Shown piece by piece: positions 11,850-23,155 of a DNA stretch of 35,848 nt; within the stretch, counting starts at the first letter, position 1; every line of letters begins with the position of its first letter. The translations under genes were made by a program, and so were the position numbers. Origin of the DNA: Toensbergia leucococca (taxonomy: Eukaryota); contig JALDZS010000221.1 of assembly GCA_022813965.1 (NCBI GenBank), positions 1 through 35,848 on the forward strand, written 5' to 3'. The notes beneath the pieces are model-generated. The model was given only the letters and a program-made list of their open reading frames with translations. It was not told the DNA's origin and searched no databases.

Positions 11850-13300
11850 CAATGAATCTACAAACATACACGGGAGGTGAAGAAAGCTGCTGCATCTAGA
11901 GCAGGCTTTGGACCGATGAATCCTACAGTAGTGAGTGTTCCCGTCTTACATTCTCATCTAAGATCATTCTGACATCCAGCTTTACTCGGGAAAGCGATAC
12001 ATTGGACAAACAGCCTTTCAACATAAAACTGAGCTGAGCACACCATACTGATTACTGAATCATATCACTTTAGTGTTTTCAAGATAGTTGTCAGAAGAAG
12101 GAAGCACCTGCTGTTAGATGAGAATGATGTCAGATTAGTGTCAAGTCACAAACATTACTCAAAGTTAGAAAGAGACACAGATGACTGAAGACAGGGACCG
12201 TGAACGACTCAACAGCAGTAACGTTGAAGGAGATGAGGCGTGGCAGGGAAGTGCAGGAACAGTTGGTAGATACCATGCTATGGAATGTAAGTTCCACCTT
12301 TACGCTGATGCTTGAATAGCGTTAACATGGTGTGTCACAGCTGAACCTACCAGCTCTAATCAGCACGGTATTGAACATTCCTGCGGCGGGGTCAGGGCAA
12401 GCCCTGGCATGGGTCGTCAGAGACACACATCCGCCAAATTTGATGGTTTATCCTAATGCTGTCATGAGGGTGCCCGAAATTGATGTTACCCGTCGCGCCG
12501 TCCCAGAGCCCCCCGCCCGCCTCCCACTGACTCCTCACTCACACCCGCACCCGCACTCGGGTACATGAGAGTGACGATGATGAAGAGGAAGGAAAACTTT
12601 TGTCCGTTACTGAGAGAAGCACGGAGGATGAAGAGGATGAAGAGGATGAAGAAGCTTCTTCGTCAAATGATAGTGAAGGGAGGGGGGCCCATGAGGCTGT
12701 ACCTCCGGCCCTTCAGAGAAAACGCAAAGCAGCCGGGACAACAATGACTCGGAAGTGTGTGATCAGCGGCGCAGTGACGAAGGTCAAGGGGAAGAAGGTC
12801 ACGGCACTGAAGCCCGCCAAATCCTTGAAGCCGGCGGCGCCAAAGGCTTCGGGGGTGGAGGCGGCGGCGGAGGTCAAAAAGCCTCGCAAACGCAAAGCGT
12901 CGCCTGTCCTTGAGGAACCCGCCCTTGAGGAGCTCCCGCCTCGCAAACGCACCAAGACAGCCAAGGCAGCCGATGGCCTGTTGCATGTCTGCACAGATGA
13001 AGGGAAAACCCCATATTCAAAGAGTCTGAGTTTCACCCCAATTGCGGAAAGAAGGCTTCCAACACTTATCATGGAGACCTCCTGCAGTTGTTTCGCTTTA
13101 GAAAGGGATATATACGACCAAGCCAGGAAATGAAAATTCCGATATACCAGGCTATGAGAAGATGAAGGAAACGAGCGATCTGAGACACGGCGACGAGAAC
13201 GGCAATGGCCTCAATCATCCGATTCAGTCCTTCTTGGATGAAGCCATATACTTCCCAACAAGGTATCTTGAAAGTCTATCAAGGGACTATTTCAACCCCT
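11850..13300 (+). pseudogene. Intron-containing pseudogene of a nuclear-type low-complexity protein (acidic tract, Lys/Arg NLS-like clusters)
   Basis: Intron-like segments GTGAGT..CTGAC..CAG (~11931-11979) and GTAAGT..CTGAT..TAG (~12287-12319). EDEEDEEDEE, RKRK and KKPRKRK tracts; frame broken near 12565-12600. Confidence 0.45.
12624..12650 (+). repeat. (GAGGATGAA)x3 minisatellite encoding an acidic tract
   Basis: Direct reading: gaggatgaa gaggatgaa gaggatgaa. Confidence 0.9.
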
Positions 13301-14829
13301 ATTGAATTTGTGATACTTTGAGAGCCAACTCTTGGACATCAATGTGAGGACATCTAGATCATGAAACGCAATTCAAAACTTCCAGAAGCCATTACAAAGG
13401 CAACAAACCACCTTCAAGTCTTTCAAAGTGAAACTCAGGGGAGGGAGTGCTGTTTATTCACTCTTTGAATAACTAGTTTTCTCCCTTTGTCACCGCTTCA
13501 CGTTCTTCAATATAGTTCATTGGCTCTTTGCAGATTGAGACATCATCCTGGGTTTTCTCTTTGCATGAAGAGATGAGTTCTCCTCAAAGTTACACCGACT
13601 CCAATAAACAAACATTTTTATTCTGACTCAACACTTGCAGCATCTCCGTTCTCCTTCCTCATTCTCAGGCCGTTATCTCTATTGATTACAAGGCGTCTTC
13701 TTCTTCGGGGACGTCACACGGGCACGGAACCCTATCACTTTGGTGGCCGTAAGCACTGTCAACGAAACTGTTGAGTGTTGATCTCCGAGGTGTGCGTTGA
13801 TTTTGAGCTAGGAAAGTTCAGGATCTGTTGAATCAATGGTCACTCGCATCAGCACTTTGCAACGCTTTCTTCGGACCTTAGATTGAAGATGAAGTAACCC
13901 TAACACTAACCTCAGTTGCCATAGCCTTATGGGCGGCATGCGGAAATGATAATATATACAGACAAGAAGAAGTACACAATAATTGAGTATCACTAATTAT
14001 TGTATGCAGTGCATTTCAGTTTGCGCAACGAGCAGCAAGATCTGCTGAGAGAATGAAGCTACTTGCAATGAGGCCAAGGTGAGTGAAAGAATAGCGGTGA
14101 TGGTGTGACAAAAGAGAGAGATATAAGAAGAGAACAACCAAGAGGCTCACAAGATTGGTTCACTCATAAAAGCACTGCCATCATCACAGCTCACAAGTGT
14201 TGGATTCATCACAGATCTCACGTCAGACTTTTTGTGAACCAAACTCGGCGTCATCGCTGAGCTTATCATCTGGTCTTTGACCCTCTACTTCCTCATCTTG
14301 GCGTTTGAAAATTTAAACATTGTATTAAAGGAAAAAATCAAACACGTCGAAGAAAAAGTGACCGAAAGAGTGGTAGCAACAGTAGGCTACACCAACGCTT
14401 GAATAGGGGCCATCAAGATTCCCTTTAAGCACCATCTATACTGTGTATTCGTCCTCCACCAACTCGTTTTTCTTGCAACCTTCACCTTCTTATTCGAGCC
14501 TTTTTCTTTAGTTATCGTGCTCCCAAGCACCTTGGCTCGCCAGTATCCAGCATTTTGGCTCGCCGCTCTGTCCTGTCTGGTTCGCCACTTGCGTTCACCA
14601 GACCTTAGCCATCACTCTGGCTTCCCCAAGTCTCTTCGTTATCTAGGCTGCGTATCAGTTGAAATCCTCCAACTCCCAATCGAAGGATCTAGAGCCCCAA
14701 TTTCCTTAGGTTTTCGTACCAAATCAAGCTGGCTTCAAGAACTTTATCCAATAGAATCATACAATCGGCGTTCGAGCTTGAGGCCTTTCTTGCTACAGGA
14801 CACTCACACACTAGCCTGATTTCCCCATC

Positions 14830-15050
14830 AACATTTGCGCCCTTTGAGGTTGTCACAGCTGTTATAAGTAAATCTTATCTCATGTTTATTTTCTGTGTTG
14901 AAGCTTTTTAATGAAAAAAATAGTCACTGTGAGGCAGGTTTGACTTCATCACAATGACCTTCAAGGAGGCGGCAGACACCGTCATCATTGACCTTGACGG
15001 TCAAGTGTGGGAGGGTAAACCCTTCAGAGCTGAGATCGCCGTGACCAACG
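14830..15050 (+). pseudogene. Second degenerate RRM fragment, possibly with an intron
   Basis: FDFITMTFKEAADTVIIDLDGQVWEGKPFRAEIA fits RNP1 (GFGFITM) plus helix 2 and LDG..W.G+P.R.E.A. Upstream FAPFEVVTAV is followed by a GTAAAT..TAG intron-like segment. Confidence 0.6.
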
Positions 15051-15799
15051 ATGACGGGACTAAGGTGCAAGAGGTAATTAAGCTGCTCAATTGTTAGTAG
15101 TAAGATCATAACATGAATCTAGGGCCGCAACGAAAATGACGCCGCCGCCCTCAACACCGTCACCCCCGCGGCCTCCTAGGAGGTCACGGGGGCTTGCATT
15201 GCTTTGCTTCACTCCGCTTCTTGTAAGTACACAATTCGCTTGCCGGGCTCACGCATCAAAAACAGAATTGGAAATAGCGGGTGAAAGTGTCATTTGAGGT
15301 TTCCCTCTCTCACGGTAAATTGAAAAATTCAGGCTTTTCTCTGTTGTCTAAGCTCTTCACATGCTTTCTGAAAATTTACAGAATAGTCAATAATCAACAA
15401 ACTTGATAAGATCTATCAGTTAGTGAAAGACTTCAAAACGGCGGCAATAGCAATGCTTGACCAAAACCTGGTAGCACAAGAATAAATCTTCATGACTATG
15501 AAGGACGGTGATTCTCAAGCATGTCTATCAGAGCAAGACAAGTGAGTGTTAAAGGAGGGTGATAGTGATCACAATCAGCAGATTCAACTACTCAGGCTAG
15601 AAAGTTTGAACATCTCACCTCTCAGCCAACCAAAGACGTGCCCTTACGACCTAATAATTCCCCTTCTTCAATTCCGATAGCATTGAAACTGAACAACGGG
15701 TCTCACTACCTTTGATTCATTACTTAAAAGTGTGCGAGCTTAATTCGTTGAAGGAGAAGGAATTCAGGTAGGATGAATGATGCTGAAGTCAGAAATTTC

Positions 15800-18630
15800 A
15801 GATGATGCAGTCAAGAAAATACAAGCTGCGGATTCTATGCAAAGATAATGAAGATATAGATGCAAAAACTCAATGGCTGCCTTTCAGAGAAAGCTCAGAA
15901 AGTATTATCTACATCAAATCACTGAGAGACCTCTTCACTGAACAGGAAATTGATATACTCGCCCAAGATGGCGGAGAACGTACGGGATTCTATACATGAA
16001 TGTCTAGTCATTTTGAGAACTTGAACTCAGGGTTGAAATCAAGAGTGATAGTGTCAGAAATCCGCACACAAGGCAGTTCATGCACATTGAAGCTTGTATG
16101 AAACAAACATACATACATTGAACACAATCTCTCAAGCCTATCATCATAGTTCTATTAATTCATTTCTTCACCTCAGAAAAACTTGTGAGTGCACATCAAG
16201 ACTCACAAGGCGCTCTTTGAGTATCTCTGTCTCTGCATACTTTCATTCAGTGACTCTCAATCAGCATTCCTGATTCAATCAAAGCTATCTCTAATCATAG
16301 GAGAAAAGAAGCTACTTGCAAAAACCTAGAACGTTAAATGTACAAAAAAGCTAGTGACACTGTTTTCTGTTAGGAAGGATGGCAAAGCTGATAGTATCAG
16401 AGTCAATTAGCAAAGCAAAAGTTCACAAAGTGACATTGATTTCAAGACAAAGAAGCCTACTTGAAACATAGAAGATCACATCAAAACTGTCCAACACAGA
16501 GCTCGCGGAACTGCGTCAAAAGAAACACAATTCTTTGTCAATCTATTACAAAAGGGGTCATGACATTAACGCAAAGGGCAGGAGCTCATGACCGCTCAAC
16601 CTTTCAGCGCGGTAACGCATGGGAGAAGTGAGATCAAGGACTAGCACAGATAGATCAAGATGCGCGTAGCCTGACGATCGTTGATTCTGCTGCTCCGGTA
16701 CAGACAATGCTCCCTGCTCATGTCCAAAAAGAACACCTATGGCTTGCTGAACAATCCTCATAAAATGGGCCTTATGGCTGGCCGGTTGCTTTGTGAACCC
16801 TCCTCCGCGGTCTAATCCGCTTTGAAAAGCCGCCGTTCTTCGACCGTACCTTCTCCTCCCCAGGGCCTCGGACGGCGTCACCATCATCTGTGTTTCTTCG
16901 GCTTCAAGACATCCACCTGGTCACGCAGATGATAAAATAATGCCCAGATTGGGCGAAGTGAAGGACTTTCCTCCACCAGGCATAGGTGGCCTGTGCTATT
17001 CGGGTAAAGTCTCGTTGGGACGCTGTAACGAGTAAGATGAGAAGATGCTAGAGGTAGTACTTAAGCATAGGATAGGTGTCAATGCCCATGGTCCAGATGG
17101 CAGTGCGTCAAAATTGCTTCAGACCCCATCGTGAGAGGGTGGTGCATTTACTGCAGCAGGCATTTCAACATTCTTGATACTCGAGAGAAACACGGATAGG
17201 ATTTGATTGAAGATGGGCACCTCTGACGTCTTAAGCAAGTCCTGAAATCGACGAAGAAATTCGTCAAGCGGCTTGCTGAGATAATTTGGAGCCATTAGGA
17301 TTTTTGTCAGCAGACACTACTTCGAAGCAGAGAAAGCTCCGACTTGGTGGGCTCGAAACCCGTGTACGAGAAAGCTCTCAATAATCTCAAGACTCTTGGT
17401 TGTGGCTTGCGAGGATATAGTCGACAGATGTATCACGCATGCAATTATCTCGGATTTCTTGTAAGCTCTGGATCCTATCACCTGAGACGTACACGTCGTC
17501 AAAAGACTTTGTGGATTCGCAGTCATGTTGACCGAACACTAATATTGAGGGATACACTCGGGTAGAGGGCGTACTGGCGGAACAGTGGCAAGGCTAAAAG
17601 TACAGCTGTTAATACGTGTGGTGACTTGAGGATCAGGTCAGGAAGATTATCGACTCAACCACCACGAATATTTTGAAGACATCAAGATTTAGAGTTATTC
17701 ATCTTATCTGGGCAAACCCCTCTTGTAACTTATCTTTACTGGACCGGGTCAAGTCATCTCTGTCTGAGCGAGGAGCACACTGTACTTGAGAATGCAGTTA
17801 CGAATGGACAAGGGTCCCAGCACCAACACAGGAGATGCATATGCAGCTGTAGAAGCGAGGGTAGAGTTCCTTGCCTGTGGAACCCAAATCAGCGGCCGTT
17901 CCTAGATGTTAATGGCACTATTGTGGACTGGGGGTATGGTGAGGAAGAACTGAACACCGGGATTAAAGGCCTAATTGACAGATAGGCCACGCGGTCGAGA
18001 GGACGAAAGAGCGCATTGAGAGCAAAGAGATAGATGAGGAGACTTGCGTTGCGTTGCTCCCCATACATCTGGGCATTGACAGCACATTCAACTAACTCAA
18101 AGCAGTTCTGAGGAAATATACATTGAACGCCGATGTGAGTGAAAGGAGGTCGCTGAGAAACTTTGCGCAGGCAAGGCGATGCTTCTCAAAGTACACCGAA
18201 GAAGGCCTGACAAGTATATACGTATGAGCACATGTATATATGGAATTCAGCGTAAATGGTTTGAGTTCTGCTGAACAGAATCAGTGGACAAATTAGAAAG
18301 GACAACGCATTCCAAATGGCATTGCATTACGTGGTCTGCATCGTGTTGGCAGTCAGTGAGTGACAAAGAAAATCAAGAGGACAAGAGTTTAGTCCAGTAT
18401 GTCTTTCGGGTGTTTTGGTGCGGGGACGACGAAGGGATGACTTTAAATTACCTGATAGCACTGAGACTGATTCCATTTTGGCTAAAGAAGGTCAAAGTAT
18501 TGGATTTAGATTTACATAGAGCTCTACCTATTACACATTCGGTGCATAGCTGCGGAGACCTCAAACGAAGAAATTTCACACATTACCAACTCTGTAACAT
18601 TCCCATGCATGAAGCTTTCCGCATATAAGG
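15800..18630 (+). pseudogene. Heavily decayed ankyrin-repeat protein gene
   Basis: Scattered ankyrin-like fragments in + frames: ILCKDNEDIDAK, LFTEQEIDILAQDGGERT, HDINAKGRSS*PLNLSAR, QTMLPAHVQKEHLWLAE, EKMLEVVLKHRIGVNAHGPDGSA, SGQTPL, HTVLENAVTNGQ, DDEGMTLNY. Confidence 0.6.
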
Positions 18631-19576
18631 TAGCCTGAAGCTCTTAGGATAACAAAGACCTACATATTGTGTTGGTAGATAATCTAGTCAGCATAGGTGC
18701 TGTCTGCACACTCTCTCGGGCATTCTGACGCGACCTTCCTGCTCTATCTTCGTCGTTCTGAAAATTGAAGCATCTGCCAGTCCAGATAACAGCGAAGGCA
18801 AATACTTAATGAGCGGGATTGAGATGGTTACAGGACCCGCTGAGGTTAGTAGTGGTAATGAGCTCTATGTTGAAAGAGAGCGCTTGATATGATTAGTGAA
18901 TGTGTGGCTCAAGAGCTTGCATCCTTGACGTTAGGACGTAAATGTCCAATGCGAAGGAACCGGTGTATCATAATGTGCTTATCCTGTAGCTTGATATGTG
19001 AGAGCGCGGCGAAATGGCTGTCGTTGCTCTACAAAGTAGGAAAAAGACAGTGTGGATCTCAATGAATTACAAGTCTGCAATTTGCAAGCAAGGAGACGTT
19101 TTCAATACCACCCGAGAGTGTAGATTGTAGCTACTCAAGATGCAAAGAGAGTAGTCATTGTTGGCGATGACCAAATACATACGATATACCTGACATTAGA
19201 TACCTATGCTAGATATCCTACCACCTAGACACCATCTTGAGTCAATCATCTTGTCCGGTTGAACGACCTGTCGAGGAGAACACCTGAGATACATTAATAG
19301 CCATACCAAGTATCGCAACCTTGGGCATACTAGATAGAAAGAGAGTAGTAGAGTAGAGTATTGCTCGAGTCGAACGTCAAAGATAATGTGCTGTGATGCA
19401 GATAGTCGTTTTGCGCGTACTCAGTAATGGACAGTACGAAGCCGAAGAACATATCAAAATAATAAGTCAAGCAAGAAGGCGGCACGTACATTGGTAGTTG
19501 AAGCTCTTGTAATTAGGCCTATGAGGCGCTCGCTTGTCAATATCATGTTTATATATTGGAACATAACCTTCTTCCT

Positions 19577-19878
19577 TTGGCGGGGGGTCTGGCCGAATGG
19601 TCAGGCCTCCCGCCAATGTGAATGTGTGACATGTTGTTCCCGATTGAGTGCCTTTCCCTTTTCCCCAGTAGTCCCAGTCCCATCCCGGATTCCTGAAGCC
19701 TCTTCCCTTCCTTTCCTTTCCTCTCCCCCTTCCTGTAGTGCCAGAAGTAAAATCCTACCCATGGGATTTTCTTCCTCCCAGCCCGGGGGTTTCTTTTGCC
19801 ATCGGAGAGGTCGGAACTCGCTTGTTTACTTCGTAAAGTCGAGGGTTCGATTCCACCGTGTGTCAACCTTTTGTTTTT
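19577..19878 (+). ncRNA. Candidate structured Pol III-type ncRNA of unassigned family
   Basis: TATA-like TTTATATA at ~19548-19555. 18-bp hairpin 19577-19616 containing A-box-like TGGCCGAATGG. Perfect B-box GGTTCGATTCC at 19844-19854. TTTTGTTTTT at 19869-19878. Confidence 0.45.
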
Positions 19879-20001
19879 CTTCTTTGACCCCTGATGTTAC
19901 AATATTTTACAACCACAACAGACGATCACCCTCCAAGCGGAAACGCCCGATCTTTTTAATGTATTCTCGTCCGAGCCAGATGGATCAGTCTAATATGCAA
20001 C

Positions 20002-21165
20002 CTATATTTTCTCCTTTACATTTGCTGGCAACACTTTATCTTCGAATCTCCGCATTAGTTTGCTCGTCTGCTCCGCCAAGGTTAAGGTCAAGATGGTATG
20101 CGGCAAGATCCTCGCTAAGTGTGCATTGAAGCCCTTGTAGATGGCCAGTACTCCTTCAGTCCTTACAGTCTTAATGAAACAATCCCATACACCGTTGTAC
20201 AGGTTGCCAGTCTGATTATACATTCTTGACATGATGGTATCTTCGTCGCACCATATTAGCTCGGCATATTTCCTTCGAAGACGCGACCGACTTACCTGGT
20301 GGATGCATAACAAAGCATACGACAAAACCACTCGCAGTGCTACTTGCCAAGTGCAAAGCCAGTCCATCCTTCATACCAAGGTGCCGTTCCAGCCTCCTTT
20401 TCGCAAAGAAATAGGTTGGCAATTGCACGCTACTGCCAAACCCCGTCCGTACCATGGCTGCCCCTACGCCTCGATAAAGTCCTTTGATTCCTTCGTTGCG
20501 CCTGATCTGGCTCAGTCCATCCAGAGCGTTCTTATAGCCGTGTTGATAACCTACAGGGAGGACTGGGGAAAAGGACTGAAGGCGAGTCTTGACAAGGAAA
20601 AAGGGAGAGCCAAACGCAGCACCAATAATACCAGAAGCAGCCCCAGTAAAAATATTTACACCCAAGGATTGGACGTTGGCATCCTTGAAGATGGCCGAGG
20701 TTATGCCCACCCGCATGGGTTCGTAAAAGCCCAATCGACAGCCATTGAGGACCATCTGGTACACGTACTGAAGAGCTAGATCAACCCCAGTCTTCAGCAA
20801 TTGTATCTATTCATACTCACTGCAGCCCCAATGCCCCGGAAAAGCCCCTTTGGACCTTCATTCTTCAAAATTACGCTCACGCCGTGGGCGACACCCTTGT
20901 ATAATCGCGGAGCAACGTTCTTTGACTGCAATTCCCCCTGCAGCTGTAGTCTAGAAAGAATGAACATCAGTCTCTCTTCAGCCGCAAAGTCCGAGATTTG
21001 AGACGGCCTAAATGTACCGGATCTTGACGGTCTCGAAGGAATGTGTAACGGTGACAGCTCCGCAAGCTGCTATACCGCCAGCAATAAAAGCTCTGCAAGC
21101 ACACGAATATTAGTACAACGTCATACGAGTATGGGGCTTTGATTGTACCCAATGGTCGTGGACAT
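20002..21165 (-). CDS. OAC1: Mitochondrial oxaloacetate/sulfate carrier. Exons 21165-21149, 21092-21018, 20950-20821, 20767-20296, 20240-20002
   Basis: Spliced MSTTIGAFIAGGIAACGAVTVTHSFETVKIRLQLQGE...YVYQMVLNGCRLGFYEP...SPFFLVKTRLQSFS...MHPPDTIMSRMYNQ...ARILPHTILTLT. Three carrier repeats with Oac1-typical motifs; four GT-AG introns. Confidence 0.92.
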
Positions 21166-21669
21166 GATCGTCCTCAGCGAACAGGGAAGAATGGCAAGAA
21201 GGGAAGAAGGGAAGCTCAGGACACTGCTTTAAAGAATGGTTACAGCCCGATGATGGTTATTTGATCGAAATATTTGGAAATGCATGGAGATTCGTAGAAG
21301 CGGTGATGATGACTTATCCAGTACCTATTTTTCTATTCCTTCATTCCCTCTGCTGAGGTGAGGTCGTATTGCAGTCAGTCTAGTAATTCTAATTTTGATA
21401 GGGCTGCACTAGCAGGGGATGCCCGAAGCCCAAATCCCTGGGAAATGGGGATAGAATGGCTTTAGTGCCTACGGAGTATCCGTAGATGGCATTTCAACGT
21501 CGGAATGAAAGCTCAAAACACTGAGTCGAGCACTTCATCTGTTCTCGACATCTAACACTAAGCTGAAAACGAGATGACTAGAGCGTGATCCTCGCATTCA
21601 TTTCCGGAACTCTAGATGAAGCACGACATTCTTTAGTTCGCAATATCTAAAGCAATATATTGGACAGCA

Positions 21670-22845
21670 ATGGCCGGACCACTCGCTGTCCCGCCCCCTC
21701 CTCCAGGAGGGCCTCAGCCCGCCCAAAAAACCTCCGAAGTAATTGGCACCCTCAGACCAACAAAGGCTGGTCTTCACCCTTCGCCTCATCTCCTCCCCCA
21801 AAACTAATCACAGCCCCGCAACCAGCTCTTCAAACTCCCCAAACCCGAAACAAATGTGACATCCCTCGACTTCGACTCCACGGGCGAATACCTTCTCGCC
21901 GCTTGCTCGGATGACTCTCTCCAACTCTACTCCGCCACCAGCGGTACCCACCTCAAAACACTCCTTTCTCAAAAATACGGCGCCCACCTCGCCCGCTTCA
22001 CCCACCACTCGCAATCAATCCTCTACGCCTCTACGAAAATCGACGATACAATCCGCTACCTCTCAACCCACGACAACCAATTCCTGCGCTACTTCAAAGG
22101 TCACACTGCTCCCGTAACAACCCTTACCCTCAGTCCAGCTTCGGATACCTTCCTCTCCTGCTCCCTCGACAACACCGTCCGCCTCTGGTCCCTCTCCTCC
22201 CCGAACCCCCAAGCCCGCCTCAATCTCTCAACACCCTATCTAGCCGCCTATGACCCGAGCGCAACCGTCATCGCCATTGCCAGCGCCTCCACCTCCAGCA
22301 TCCTACTCTACGACCTCCGCAACTACGACAAACCCCCTTTCGCAACCTTCGACATGCGCCGCGCCGCCGCCGAATCCGCCTCCTCCTCCTCCCAGCACTC
22401 CGCCTCCGCCATCTCGCGCGAATGGACAAAACTTGAATTTTCCAACGATGGCAAATCCCTTCTCGTGGCCACAAACACCGCTTCGGGCCACCTCCTCCTC
22501 GACGCCTTTTCCGGTGACCTGAAAGCCTTTTGCACGCGTCCAAACGTCCCCACAAACTTGCGCGCCGCTCCTGGGAGCCCTGGGATCCCTGGTCAGGGTG
22601 ATGTGTGCTTCAGTGCTGACGGGCGCTATTTAGTTGGTGGGTCAGGAGGGGAACGAGATGCGCTAGTATGGGATGCGCAGGGGCAGGTGAACGCGGAGCA
22701 GGAACTGCTGCCGATGGCGGGGCTGCCGTGGAGGGGAAAGACGGCGGTGGTGGAGTGGAATCCGCGGTACAACATGTTAGCGACTGCGGACCGAGAAGTG
22801 GTATTCTGGTTGCCGGACGAACAGGTGGCGGTCAAACCTCCTTGA
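21670..22845 (+). CDS. SWD2: WD40 subunit of COMPASS/CPF (Swd2/WDR82). Exon 1 from 21670 to 21765 (or 21738), exon 2 21826-22845
   Basis: TSLDFD..G...SQKYGAHLARFTHHSQSILYASTKIDDTIRYLSTHDNQFLRYFKGH...LYDLRNYDKPPF...LEFSNDGK are Swd2/WDR82 hallmarks. The intron contains an in-frame TAA and a CTAAT branch site. Confidence 0.93.
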
Positions 22846-23155
22846 CGCCCGATCTTTCTGATGAAGAGCACATGAAGTTCCAGCGTTGGAATTGGTGTCC
22901 AATGTGCTAGGCATTGACGAAAATATCGAAATGTCATGTAGGTCGAGGCACAGTGCTTCTTAGACTTCCAAAAGTGTAGCCTGATAGGTACCTGATATAC
23001 TATGGCTTCTCGGGGTACTAGATATACGATAATTACGATGTTATCAACAACACATGCATCCTCCAACCCCGAATAAGTATCCCAACCCCCATCGAAATCC
23101 AACTCCACCCCTATCATATACCCAAAAACTTATACCTTCACTTCCCCTTACTCCT

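Larger units (their letters stand above)
4700..19400. other. Decayed accessory island of pseudogene and transposon relics; boundaries approximate
   Basis: No long clean spliced gene; many fragments with stops and frameshifts (RRM, Fic, ankyrin, integrase), flanked by intact conserved genes. Confidence 0.8.

Noticed and set aside
13895..13912. TAACCC-TAACAC-TAACCT as interstitial telomere or telomerase RNA template
   Set aside because: Only one perfect unit, inside decayed sequence, with no supporting structure seen; compatible with chance.
4700..19400. Paired LTRs for the Gypsy relics
   Set aside because: No long direct repeats found by eye; a self dot-plot would be needed.
19583..19865. 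tRNA gene with a long intron
   Set aside because: The 5' GGGGGTC cannot pair with the 3' GTGTGTC, the T-stem has two mismatches and there is no proper anticodon loop.
19491..20129. 212-aa + strand ORF
   Set aside because: Non-ATG start, antisense overlap with OAC1, and it spans the low-complexity ncRNA-like region.
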